From: Tubiluchus corallicola
Taxonomy: Eukaryota; Animalia; Priapulida
Assembly: GCA_030141605.1 (NCBI GenBank)
Contig: JAQGDQ010000322.1
Span: forward strand, 62,001 to 126,000
Length of the DNA stretch: 64,000 nt
Reading direction: 5' to 3'
Every line of letters starts with the position of its first letter. Within the stretch, counting starts at the first letter, position 1. Positions 13,201-39,590 of the stretch are shown here, one piece after another. The position numbers and the translations under genes are program-made. Below the pieces are notes generated by a model that saw only the letters and a program-made list of their open reading frames with translations, was not told where the DNA came from and ran no database searches.

Positions 13201-16200
13201 TTACAGTGTTAAAATTTGTTGAAAAGGTTTTGCTTTATCACCTAATTAAAAATTTTAATAATAATTAAAGAACTTTTCAAATTGGCTAATAATTTTGGCT
13301 TGTGTGGCGTACAAATCTAAGTAATTTTTTGTGGGCTCCTTGAGTAATCTGAGTAACTACTGCATGGAGTACTTTTTGCTTTTTTACTAAAATGGTACTA
13401 AAATCGACATTTTTTTTGGTAAAAGTTCCATGCTTATCCAATGCTGTGCAAAATAAAATGTCGGCCATATTTGCATTTTCATATAAATTTCTCACATTTC
13501 TCTTTCAGATAGCAAGTGCATATGCAGATCAAATAAATACTCACATTGATGGATTAGTTCAGAAATGGCAACATGGAGTACAGCATGATATAGATAAAAA
13601 TGATACTACACTTTATACAGGAACTTCAGGTGAAGTATTTATAATAACTGATGAACTGAATGCCTGTACACAGCTTAGTACAATCGACCCTCGTTAAACC
13701 GGACCCCGTTAGCCCGGATATCGGATAAGACGGACGTCATCCGTGGTAAAGGAAACTGACCGATTTCCGACCGAGCCGGAGCGCTAAACACAACACGGCC
13801 TACCAACTCACCACGAGCCATTGACGGGCCGAAGCGGCTAGCGGTACCACCCTAAGATTCCCGCTAAAATTCCCATCGAAAGCACTCGCTAATTTCTTTA
13901 TCCTCACAGCTTAGCTATTTTAAAGTAATATACAGTATAGTATATTGTGCACAGTATATAGTGCAATGTATATAGGCCTTATTAAGGTGATTATTCCTGT
14001 ATAATATAGACCATATATAGGCATATCGGACAATCGGCTGAACCGGACCACCCACCCTCCCAATTAGTCCGGTTTAACTGTACATAGAAATGAAAAACTA
14101 AGTTTCATGCAGGTCTAACTTCAACTCTGTTTGCTGTGTCTTTGGATTCTTGGTCAGAAAACCTGCATTTTCTGTATTTACACTTTGCATTCTAGCAAAA
14201 ACATTAACCACTACTGTTACCTGTTAGCCAGAGTATTAGTGAAATACATGTGGTATATGAATGTGGGTTCCACCCCGTCTCAGTACAGTTGCAGCAAATA
14301 TGCCTTTTCCAGTTTTGTGGTCTGCATGCGCAGTTGCTGTAGGTCAAAGGTTAAGTGTACCAGCAGCAGCGCATCTTAATTGCAACAGTCACTTGACACG
14401 TGAGTAAAGCAAAGCCATCTGCCGTATCAGTTCAGCAACGTCAGTTGTTTTACGTGGACTTTAGTAATTATGCTAGTAATTTACTAGTAGGATCTTACTT
14501 GGGAAAAAGAAAAAGTGAACTAGGTAAGGTTCTGGCTAGCTGTTAAAACTATTACTAGTACAATAGCATGGGCTTCCAGGCTTAGTCAAGTGTACACAAG
14601 TGGCACAGTATATTGTAATATTATAAATATGTGGTATAAGCGAAATTAAATCTTGATCTTAATTATGCCCAAAATATGCCAATCTCAGTTTCTCCAAACA
14701 ATTAATTAAAATTGAACAGTTTAACCTTGGTGCTAAATAATGGTGGTGTTTAAACGGTGTTCCTGATTTACAGCTCCGAGATTGCTCATACATCTAAAAG
14801 AGAAAGAATTACTCATTAATCTCCTCCTGCAAAAGTCGTCCATGATACTAACTTCCTTATTTTTGAAGAAAAAATTCAGTTGCCATAGTAATAGAATTAA
14901 GTGGAGGCAAAATGTAAGCGATGCGAAATTTTGTTTGATAAGTTTTCTTGTATCATTTGTGGCCTCGTAGTTAGTGACAGTTTTACTTTGCAATCATCAT
15001 ATTATGAAATTCAATTCACACCATTCGAATCTATGATGCCAAGGAGCTGCTGTAGTATTGCTAAACTAAGGTCTTGGCCTCATAGATTTGAATGGCTTGA
15101 AATCATTTGATATTATCACTCTTGTGAAAGTCATGTATGAGGTTGAACACTTTGTAGAATAAAACACTATACTACATATCTGCACAAAACTGAAAACGTT
15201 TATTAGACTACATACACATATGTAGAATGACTGCTACACTGAACACTGAGGACCAGTGTCCTGCACTGATCACTGAGAGTTAGACAGTAAGTGACATGAG
15301 TATCACAACTAGCATGACCTCTGCACTGCATTGAGAGTGAGACAGAGAGTCACATAAGTAACACGACTGCACTGCACTGAGAGCGTGACAGAGAGTGACT
15401 AGAAGTGAAATCCAGCCAGTATATATAGGTAGAGGTAACTATGCAAACTTGGCTTCACAAAAACCATTACAGTAAAATAGGGAGAGATCCAGTGAGTATG
15501 CATATTCACTGGACCGAACAATTATACTAGGGGTGAGTTTGGCTAGTAAAATGTAAAGTGATTGGTCAATAGATGGCAGCACCTAAATATATACAGTTAC
15601 AATTTCCACAACTCTTACTAAATAGTTTTTCAATGTGATGCAAGGAATGTGTTTGTTCTGGTTTTTACCTTTTCTCCACTATGACCGTTTAGGAATCGCT
15701 CTGACGTTCTGGCACTTGTACAAGAAACGACACGAGGCTCATTACTTAACCAAAGCTGAACAAATTATTGCTGATTCTCTTAAACGAGTGAAAGGTAGGA
15801 TTAAGCTTTCATGTTAGTATTTTCTATAGTCATGCACCTGAACTATGGATAAGCCGCAATTCAAAATGTAGCCACTCCATTTCAACTTTGAAAAAAACTG
15901 TCAGAAAAGAAATATTTCAAAAGTATTGAGAGTAACACAGTTTGATAATGGTAATCACCTGCATTCTTTTTCCACAGTAATCTTAATAAAACGTGACTAT
16001 GCTCAACAGGTTACTGAACACTTTATAATCATGATCACAGTTTTTCTTAGTTCTCCCTCCATTTCATCTTTCATTCACTACTCCCCCCCCACTTTTATGT
16101 ATATATTATCATTATTTCAATTATTAATCACTTCTTTAAGATTTCCACGTACAGTTTGGCCTGTCAAGCTATGCTTTTAGGCTCAAACTGTATGCATCAA

Positions 16201-19200
16201 AATTATTCTGTAATGTAATTTGCACGTGTATATGCTGCATAAGAATCTCTTTTGTAATTTCTGGATAATATTGCATTTATATTTATTTCAGTGAAATTAT
16301 CTGTATTTTATTCTAACTGTTAGATGCAGAGTGGAAATAAATAAACTTATAAACTTAACTCACTTTTTATAGACCATGCAAAGCAAGACTTTGTGTCTTC
16401 ATATAACATCCTTTGGTAAGAGGCACAAAGGAGCGACAATCAAAACCAAAAAATTTATACGACAGTTGAGGGCATTACCTTCATTTGGGGGAGGGAGGGA
16501 CGAATTGCTGCAATAATTTTCTAAAGTTGCCATCTACCCCGCACTCAGCCTGCTCCTTGTTAAGTGATTTTAAATGTAAGTGTGTTAGATGGGAAGTTTC
16601 GCATTAAGTACTGCATGAAATACATGAGGTACTTCAGAGGAGAGCAAGAAGCCTGTCAGAAAGTCTGAAAGAAGTATTATTTATATTATTTTTTACATTT
16701 TACAATTATAATAATTATGCATAAATTAAGTATCTATTGATTTTCAATTCTGTATTTTATCGAAACACTATTAAACCTTGAGTGAGTAAATCAGTGAGTC
16801 AGTCAGTGATGTCTTGTTTATCAGCAGTTTATGGCCATGTCAACTTGCTTAGACACTGATTTTGCTGGAGTTACTTTATTTACTGATACCTGGCAGTGCC
16901 TATATATATATCAGTGGGTAAATCGGTGAGTTGTGTCATATAATCTTACATATACCATATAAGGTCATCTCTTGTTTGTTACACTCAGGTAAGAGAAATG
17001 CTTATTTATGTGGTGATGCTGGTCCTCTTACGGTCGGAGCTCTTATCTATCACGAGACTGGTAACAAATCAAATTGCAAAGACTGCATAGCCAGGTAATT
17101 TTTATTTGCTTTTATAGTAAAAAAATTGTTACTTTGTTCAACTTTAGAGTTGCAAAGTGGATTTCAAAGCAAAGTACCATGTGATTTAGTAGTACTATGT
17201 TTTTTGTGAGTGAGTCAATTTTACTAGCTACTGTTCTTTGCTGGGAGGCTAACCAAGTTGAAGGGTGACCAGTAGTGGTGTAGCTAATGGGCATTCAGTC
17301 CACTATTCCAGATTTTTTGAAAATTGGGGCTTTGTCAACAGTTTTTTAATTCACTTGAGCAGTTGTTGAACGCTCCTTTAATTAGCTGAAACAAATCAAG
17401 TTCTACCATTGTACAATGGACGAGGATAGATTGTCTGGGTTAGTTTTGCTCTCCATTGAAAGGGAGTTGGTTACTCAGGTGGATTATAATAAAGTTACAA
17501 ATTACTTTGTTAATATGAAGCCTAGATGAAAGAGACTGTTATCGTTCGTTCATGATACATTTTTCACAATGATTCATTTTGTTTTCATTTTAAATTTAAT
17601 TAAAATAATTAAGTAACACACGTTTTAACATGCTTTCTGATTTATGATGTTTTTCTAATTTCTTACTCATAATAATAAAAATACACGTTTTTATTATATT
17701 TTGAGATTTAAGAGCTTACTGTAAAAGTTTATTATGTTTTAATTTTAAATACAAAATACAGTAGCATCGCTCAATAGACTCACCTTGGTATAGAAGTGTT
17801 TTGAACCAAATAACCGACTTATTCAATTAGTCGAGGGGTGTAGCATAATACTACTATAGAAGAATGAGTCATGACTCATCACCTTAGTATGCATTGCAAA
17901 GACTTTAAATGAATTTTAGAAACGAATTCATGTCAAAATTCCTATGTGCAAATCTGACTATCACTAAAAATTACAAAAATTCATACAAGATCAGTGCTTC
18001 ATTTTTCACGAAGAAGTTGGTTTATGAAATTCTCATAATGATAAAAACTCTTGCTTTATACTGTACATATTCACTCAAAACACATAGTCACCTAGTGCTT
18101 GAGCTGCAGTTGGCGATGATCTTGTTTCCCCTGTGAAAAGCAGCGGGAACTTCAAAAGCAAACCGCTGGTCAAGTGATTAAATGTTTAACTTCCAGGAAC
18201 AATGAGGTTAATTGCAGCGGACAAGCGGGTGACAGATTCTAAGCAAAACCGCTACGCTAGCCATACATGATAAACTTACTGTACCTGCTTACAAACAAAT
18301 CTGTATCTAACATGACTGTTTCTACGTATGTTATAATGCACAAAATTGAGGTAAAGATGACATAAAAGTAGTGAAAGCTTTTTGGGCACACACAAGTGTC
18401 TTATTTTAAGTACGTGAAGTAAAAGTATTTATGTGGAGTTATTTGACTCAATTGCCGACAGTTTTTTGTACATATTAATAGGAGCGGCCCATACCAGACG
18501 CTTTTGAGTCAATTAGGCAACCGATTCTATTAACCGTGAGAGAACACTAAGCATTACATTTACTGATGATAAACGGGGAGATTTGTTTGTTAATTTCCAA
18601 TTCACAGTAAGACCAAAATTCGTCCAAAAATGGCCGAATACCAAACTATTAAAATTCATTAAAAGTTGTTTGCCTTGTCTTTTTGACATAATTACATTTA
18701 CATTTCATATCATTACATAATTACATAATCTGTTTTTTAGACTACATGCTATGTGTGAAGACGTATGTGACGATCGAGAGATACCAGATGAAGTACTCTA
18801 TGGAAGAGCTGGCTACTTGTGCGCTTTACTGTTGTTAAAAAGACACCTCGGCCATTCCGTTATTGAGCAATCTTCTATTGAAATGGTTTGAATACAACAT
18901 TATTAATACGGAAAATAATTTTCATCGTAGTCGATACATTCGGATGACAATAATTATGGAAAGGATAGGATATATTAGTAAGATGAAGAAACTTAAATAT
19001 CTTCCTCATCCTTGTATATATGGTCATTCATTCATTTCCGTTCTGGGGCTATATTAGTCTGTGCAACATATCCCAGGTTTTGACACGATTCACTGCAATA
19101 TTCTTTCATGTCAAGTGTATTTTGTACAATTTTGTACAATCATTATGTGTATTTTTCATCAAGTAGCGAGAAAGAATGGAGTATGGCATTGTTAAAGCAA

Positions 19201-22200
19201 AACAGGATGATGTTTCATATCCTACCGCATTTTGAAGTACGGTGAAATGTATACAGTTTAACACCTATAATAATGTCAAAGCATTTCTGATGGTTAAAAA
19301 CTTTATTAACGGCAGGCGAGCCCAGCTAGTTTTGATGTCACAAACGAACACAATTTTCAACAGCAGAAATATTCCACGGGCGTGTTGAACGTGTTTGTGA
19401 AAGTGAAAATTGAAGTACTGTGCTGGTGTACAACATTTAGTGTAATATACAAAAGCTTGGCAAATTTTGAGATAAAAATTGAAATTTTAAATTTCCCGCT
19501 GTGCTCACGCATGAGCTCTCGCACGTGTGTAATAAGTCACAAACGAACACCTCTAAACTGAGAGGTATAGCACCTATTTTTCATGCAATGATTTTTCATC
19601 CATCATTTTCTGAAATGCAGGGGCTAATGCGAATGGCAAAATGCATGTAACACTAAAGAACTAGTGGCGGGAACGAGAAATTGTGTTTGTGTGGTAATAA
19701 TTATTTCACATAAGAATTATCTTTTCTTTCAAAGTTTTAAAGAGTAGATTGTTTTGATCTACAGTTTAGGATTGGGTCTGGTTTTGCTTTAAAATGAAGC
19801 CAGAAGGCAAATATTGTGCATCATGTAAGTTGCTACCAACGTATTTTATTCTTTATTTGCAGGTTTTTAAAGCTATTATTGCATCAGGTCAGAAGCTTTC
19901 CAGCAAAACAAAATCTCGGTCACCTTTAAAATACCAGTGGCATGGTAAATATTATCTGGGGGCAGCACACGGCATGTCTGGCATTATGTATGTGCTGATG
20001 CAGGTAAGCTGAATGTGCTGATGTGGATATGCTGAATGTGCTGATGTTGGTAAGCTGAAAGTGCTGATGTGGGTAAGCTGAATGTGCTGATGCGGGTGAG
20101 CTGAATGTGCTGATGCGGGTGAGCTGAATGTGCTGATGCGGGTGAGCTGAATGTGCTGATGCGGGTGAGCTGAATGTGCTGATGCGGGTGAGCTGAATGT
20201 GCTGATGCGGGTGAGCTGAATGTGCTGATGCGGGTGAGCTGAATGTGCTGATGTGGGTAAGCTGAATGCGCTGTTGCGGATCAGCTGAATGCGCTGATGC
20301 GGGTAAGCTGAATGTGCTGATGTGGATAAGCTGAATGTGATGATGTGGGTAAGCTGAGTGTGCTGATGTGGATAGGCTGAATGTGCTGATGTGGTTAAGC
20401 TGAATGTGCTGATGCGGGTAAGCTGAATGTGCTGTTGCGGATCAGCTGAATGCGCTGATGCTGGTAAGCTGAATGTGCTGATGTGGATAAGCTGAATGTG
20501 CTGATGCGGGTAAGCTGAATGTGCTGATGCGGGTAAGCTGAATGCGCTGTTGCGGGTCAGCTGAATGCGCTGATGCGGGTAAGCTGAATGTGCTGATGCA
20601 GGTAAGCTGAAGGTGCTGATATGGGTAACCTGAATCTGCTGATGCAGGTAAGCTGAATGTGCTGATGTTGGTAAGCTGAATGTGCTGACGTGGGTAAACT
20701 GAAATGACACTGAACAGGCAGAGATGTCTTAGTGACACTGAGGTGTAGATCCTCCCTCCACAAGCTAAACAGGCTGAATCAGCACAGTGTACAAAAACCA
20801 CACAGAGTATCGTACTTGGTGGCCACCCATCCATTTACTGACTAGCCTTAGCATGGTTAAACTTAGGTCACTAAGCAACACTGTGTCATCACTCATCTAT
20901 TCTGCTGTAACTGATTGTTATCGTTACTGAAGATAGCTTTTCAGACTACTTTGAAGCGGCAATTCATGTTAAACTGCTTTTTTGCAGCTAGCTGAAGAAT
21001 ACCCCCGCGAGATGAACACATTAGTGAAACCAGCAGTTGACTACCTTGCATGCCTGCGCTTTCCTAGCGGGAACTATCCTAGTTCTATAGAGAGTCAGTC
21101 CGGAGACGTGCTAGTGCACTGGTGTCACGGTGCACCTGGATTCCTCTTCATGTTTGGTGCTGCTTACAAGGTACAGACAGACTGACTGACTGACTGACTA
21201 ACTAACTAAAGGGTTTTTGTTGAATTAAATAATGAAGTTATGTTGTAATCAAGTAAACATAAATACCATCACAGTAATCACGTACATTCACATCTTGGCC
21301 CCTGCTTTTACGGATATCGGAAGAATCGGACAAAATACGGACCGTTAAAAAGTCCTGCATACTGTGGATACGGTCCGTTGTTTCGCAAGCCGACTGCTAG
21401 TTGGCAGGCCGTCACTTTGTTTACATTCAAACAGCGTGTGTTGACACGTGTAGCTTGTACGTCAGCATGTTTAGTGGTTTAATCAGTCTGTGTAAGTGGT
21501 TTAGAGTCAAATGTGTGGAGTTATTTGCGTCAATTGCCGACAGGTTTTATATACTTTTGCATAGGAGCGGTACTAGACGTTTTTAAGACAATTAGGCGAT
21601 TGATTCAACATTACCATGATACAGCAACACAGCAACTACTGTATTGGCTTAGTATCGGTAAATACGGACAATCGGCAAATTCGGACCGACGTCTCGCCGG
21701 TTTTGTCTGGCAAACCGAGATATAAGTGCACTTACAAGCAAACTTATGTGGCTTCTAAGCAATTTCGACTTGGTATACATCAGACGGTGATTTATAATAT
21801 ATTGCTGTTCTGTTAGGTTAAAGACGCAGTTTTAAACACGGTGGATTCTTTGCAGAAATCTGGAATTCTATGATCCTCTAATTGAATTCTACTTATTTAT
21901 AAATAAGGACTGAGATTAATTCAGCTCACCATTTGATTTTTGATTTGCAGGTTTTCAAAGATGAAACATATTTACAAGCGGCGCTCGGCTGCGGTGAAGT
22001 GATCTGGAAGAGAGGATTGTTAAAGAAAGGTTACGGGATTTGTCACGGCGTGTCCGGAAATGCTTATACTTTCTTATATTTGTACAAGCTAACTGGAGAT
22101 CTCAAGCATTTATACAGAGCTATAAAGGTAGTTGTTTTTTTATTGTAAGTAAATATATTGTTTGTTGTTCGTATATATAATTTTTCAACTTTCCAGAGAT

Positions 22201-24170
22201 TAAATTTCACTTTCCTTGATTAGTGATCCAGCCTTCTTAAGCTTGTTTTAATGTAAATATGAAACACTCATAAATATGAGAAAATTGGAGAAATTCTTGT
22301 TACGAATTTGTCACTGAACTGTGTGCCATGTTGAAATTTTCATGCTGTTACTCATCTCGTTGTTGTTGTTGTTGTTGTTGTTGCTGTTGCTGTTGTTGTT
22401 GTTGTTGACATTGCTGCTGAGGAAGTGAATTCTTCCAAAGTCTTAGGAATATGTATTTATTGTCACATTTAAAATGGTCCAATGTTTGTAAGAAAACAAG
22501 ATTGAGTCACTCATCAACGTCAGACAATACACTAGTAACACTACAGCCTGTGAAAATGACAAACTTAGCCTTTAATCAAATATCAAACAACAGTTTTTTA
22601 TGAATAATCAAAAATAAAATGACTGGTCCACCTCTATTGTAGTCTGAGTAGCATAGTTAATAGAATTCGGTAATAATAATATTGTGATCTAGTTATTAAA
22701 CCATGTTCGTTAAGCCATGTTGTGTTCAGCATTCTGCTAAGGTAATACAAGAAATCTTCGTATTTTTGCTGAAACTAGCAGTTAACATCGTAAAGTGGTG
22801 CACACTTTCGTGTTCAGCGTTCTGCTAAGGTAATACAAGAAATCTTAGCATTTTTGCTGAAACTAGCAGTTAACATCGTAAAGTGGTGCACACTTTCGTG
22901 TAAGATTTCTTGCTTGGGAGGTTGTTTGAGATAAGCAAGGTAATTTCGATCGGATTATAAATTGTAGCAGGAATTCGGTTTGAGATACCCAATAATTCGA
23001 GTTATGCCATGTTTGGTGAAGAGCAAAATGAAAGGGAAAATCTATTCCAGGAAATCAATTCCAGGAAATCTGTTCCATATATGCAAGAATTCAAGTTATA
23101 ATGCATCAACTTATACATAGTTTACTGTATTTAAAAGATTCATGCCACCCGGAACTCATTATGTTTCAGAAGATATCGCAGTATGGCTACTAGCACAACC
23201 CACAGTTTAAACAGCTGTCTCCCATCACCTGTCTAATATCAAACTGCAATTAATATTGATAATGCTACTGTTATTGATTTTTATTAATATTATTTAAATG
23301 TTTTTGTATGCAGACACATTTTAATATACGTTCATGTGCATATGTGAGGTAAACATCCGTATGTGTAACTTTGTTTACAGTTTGCTGAATGGTGTTTTGA
23401 TTATGGAAAACACGGATGTCGAATTGCTGATCGACCGTTTTCTTTGTTCGAAGGTAAGCTACTGATTTACCACATTTTCATGTTGGTATTCTGTATTTTT
23501 GTATTAAACTACTAGCAAAGGCCCCGCAAAAAATTTTGCGTATAAATACACTTATCAATAATATGCGAACATCCTACACAGTCCTCACTTATAACGCAAA
23601 GCCAGCAGCAGCAGAAGATTTTACTGAATTAAAGCTATAAGCAGAGTATAATGGATGACATCAGAACAACGGCTTTGCGTCAGCAGTTATCCAAGCAAAA
23701 ATTGCCAAAAATAGAACATCTAATTAACTCGTCGGCACTCCTCTCACTGGATGTGTTCTAAAATATAGGCCACATCATCGTGTAGCCCTGTTCTTCCTCT
23801 TTCTAAAAACATATATATCTCCTTTCGAGAGTCCTACCAGGTGCCGCTAGAACGTTTTTTCTGCAGGCTGTTTGGTCAAAATTTCGAAAAAATCTGGAGT
23901 TGGGTCCAGGAAAACGCCCGTTGCGGGACGCTGTGGCCCTCTCGCAAATTCTAAATACGCCTACTACACCCACCGTTGAACGGGCTATCTATTAATAGCC
24001 AGCATCACCCATGGCCCATTCCCGTTCTCCAGATCTCAGACGTATAACTTTTGCAAAAAGTGGCCGAATTCGAAAAATAAACCCCCAATGGCACGACACT
24101 AGATCGAGACCTTTCGTTTGATGTATAGATCGCCACAAATGGTGCCGTCATCGAAGCTGTAGCCTCGAAT

Positions 24171-24218
<48 letters not shown>

Positions 24219-24533
24219 TATAACATATCAATACGATGTTTTGTTTAAATAATATTACAAAATCAGGGATAACCAAGAGCAAATACTGGGGGTGTTAAGT
24301 TTCTCAAGAAAAGCGTGGAAACGTTGCAACGTGTGTAAGCATTGTCACACGGGTCAGTCTGAAAGCAAAACCTCTCTATAGTCATTTACAATCTCTGATG
24401 GCAATTTACCGACATTTTTATTTCCTCTGCATTAATAATTTGTTTTGCAGGAATGGCTGGTACAATCTACTTCCTAGCTGATATGATAGAACCAAAGAAG
24501 TCTGCTTTTCCCGCATTTGAACTGCAAAAGTAA
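10294..24533 (+). CDS. LANCL2: LanC-like protein (LANCL1/2 family), complete, ~402 aa
   Basis: Exons 10294-10371, 13509-13629, 15693-15794, 16989-17094, 18741-18885, 19863-20003, 20988-21170, 21951-22127, 23381-23453 and 24451-24533 total 1209 nt with consistent phases. Motifs LYTGTSG, LCGDAGPL, DEVLYGRAGY, YLGAAHG, GNYPSS, HWCHGAPG, GICHGVSGNAY, RPFSLFEGMAG and FPAFEL are present, as are the Zn-ligand Cys/Cys/His. Confidence 0.95.
11562..12216 (+). mobile_element. PIF/Harbinger non-autonomous element with a MADF/Myb-like ORF remnant
   Basis: ~40-bp TIRs (G/A)GCCGCGTTTCCACTGCG..CAGACACAGACTTTTC and a TAA target duplication on both sides. Internal peptide EQTVHAVEITPALYDKSNPKYTNWDFTRQLWAEVAFQL resembles a MADF N-terminus. 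Confidence 0.85.
12637..12907 (+). mobile_element. tRNA-derived SINE with (ATT)n tail
   Basis: A box (tagtctagtgg) and B box (gagttagaacc), central taccaaagactttaaaaat.gtacc domain (resembles the Meta-SINE domain, from recall), ATT tail. A near-identical copy lies at 47860-48170. Confidence 0.85.
13681..14080. mobile_element. Tc1/pogo(Tigger)-type MITE
   Basis: TA|CAATCGACCCTCGTTAAACCGGAC ... GTCCGGTTTAACTG|TA: imperfect TIRs, TA flanks and subterminal CCGGA repeats. Confidence 0.7.
19330..19720 (-). mobile_element. Dispersed repeat family, unclassified (opposite-orientation copies at ~40235-40690 and ~48590-49020)
   Basis: Shared blocks gtgagcacag..aaatttgaaatttgaa and tacgtgaaagaattattaccaca. 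Confidence 0.6.
19991..20702. repeat. 23-bp minisatellite (~31 units) made of the LANCL exon-6 splice donor
   Basis: Unit gtgctgatgcgg|gtaagctgaat; the first copy GTGCTGATGCAG|GTAAGC is the real exon end (20003). Confidence 0.95.
21285..21728 (+). mobile_element. TA-flanked MITE, same family as 44057-44489 and 45776-47012
   Basis: Shared internal sequence (ggagcggtactagacgtttt..caattaggcg; cggacaatcggcaaattcggaccgacgtctc) and right terminus ggcaaaccgagatataagtg. Partial copies lie near 18430-18530 and 49480-49660. Confidence 0.75.
22480..23130. mobile_element. Tc1/pogo-like MITE family fragments (related copies at ~30620-30955 and ~49040-49300)
   Basis: Shared ccacctctattgtagt..gcatggttaatagaat and cagcattctgctaaggtaatacaagaaatc blocks; terminus cagtaaa(a)ctatgta at 30620 and inverted at ~23128. 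Confidence 0.55.
23512..24215 (-). mobile_element. Non-autonomous Helitron-like element
   Basis: On the minus strand it starts at (TA)n-AAGATTCGAGGCTACAGC and ends in hairpin CGCAAAATTTTTTGCG followed by CTAG|T. A partial second copy lies at 40992-41260. Confidence 0.7.
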
Positions 24534-24937
24534 GAAGTATTATAATTTAACAAATAATTTAAATTTATAGTACAAGATTAATGTGTGGCATCAGTCTTGA
24601 GGAAGTCGTATCTTTTCAAAGGGCCGTAAACTTCGAAGGTTGCGTACATTAAAACAGTTCCAAGTAGAAGCAGCTCAGATGTTGCACAAAATACATGGTA
24701 TTGAACAGTGGCGCACCGGTCTAGGACAATTAGCATCATTTTCTACTCGAATTCAGAATTCTTCTTTGGACACAAATTTAGCTTTTGGACTCAGTTTTTA
24801 TACATTCATCTGATACATAAGACACATGAACGACGTATGACAAACTCTAATAAACTTTGATTCGATTAAAAATGATCTAGATTCAGTTTCTACTGTCCAT
24901 CTTTCTGTTCAGTCTGAAAATGTTTCAGATTTTTTTG

Positions 24938-25092
24938 TATATATATATATATATATATATGCACATGCACACAGACACACACAGACACATATGTACATAT
25001 ATATGTATGTATATGTATGTGTGTGTGTGTGCGATATGTATGTGTGTGTGTGTGCGTGTGTGAGTACGTGTGTCTATATGTATATATATACG

Positions 25093-25133
<41 letters not shown>

Positions 25134-25212
25134 AAGCACACACGCACGCGCGCGCACACACACACACACACACAAGCACACACACGCACGCGCACACACA
25201 CACACTCACACC
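24938..25212. repeat. Compound (TA)n/(TG)n/(CA)n microsatellite between the convergent LANCL and GMC 3' ends
   Basis: Read directly; explains the ORFs at 24890-25264. Confidence 0.95.
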
Positions 25213-25287
25213 TGCAAAAAACCAATTTAACATGAAATCTGTTATCAATTTGCAACCAGACTAATTAACTAAAGTCGTATTCTACTT

Positions 25288-38974
<13,687 letters not shown>

Positions 38975-39274
38975 TTTGTAATAAATCACTCTTTCTGATT
39001 AGCACCACTTTTATTTACAACGTAAAGCTTATGTGCACAATAGGGCTAGGCTATAGTATAATTCATTCAGTCTAACAGGTAAAAAAACAGGTATGCAAAG
39101 TGATTGCCAACAGGTAAGATACGTTGACAGGTAATGCCTAGTGTACAGGTGCGTTTGTCCTTGGACAAATCCCCGGCCCCAGGGTTGTATATCTAGGCCT
39201 CACTGCTTGACGTACTTGTACTATACATAAACATTTACCCAAGTTTCGTGTCTAAGTTCAATTTATTTTTCTTA

Positions 39275-39590
39275 TCACTGTACGTACAAGCAGTAGGAAG
39301 GGCTAGTTTATAAAACCACCGTAGTTGTTTGTATAAAATACACATTTTCACAACACTAGCTGCAGCCTAGATGCAGGCAACTGATCCTTATAAACCCAGT
39401 TTTTCCCTCGGGCTGCTTGTACACAGAACCTGACAATTGTTTCATTCACTACATACAAGCAGTAGGAAGGGCTAGTTTATAAAACCACCGCAGTTATTTG
39501 TATAACATTCACATTTTCACAGCGCTAGCTGAAACTGATCCCTATAAACCTAGTTTTTCACTCGGGCTGCTTGTACACAGAACCTGACAT
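39275..39590. repeat. ~170-bp tandem duplication upstream of the GMC gene
   Basis: tacaagcagtaggaagggctagtttataaaaccaccg..ctcgggctgcttgtacacagaacctgaca occurs twice. Confidence 0.85.

Noticed and set aside
10294-24533. Lanthipeptide biosynthetic cluster or horizontal transfer
   Set aside because: The gene is a spliced animal-type LANCL; no LanB/LanM or precursor peptide is visible.
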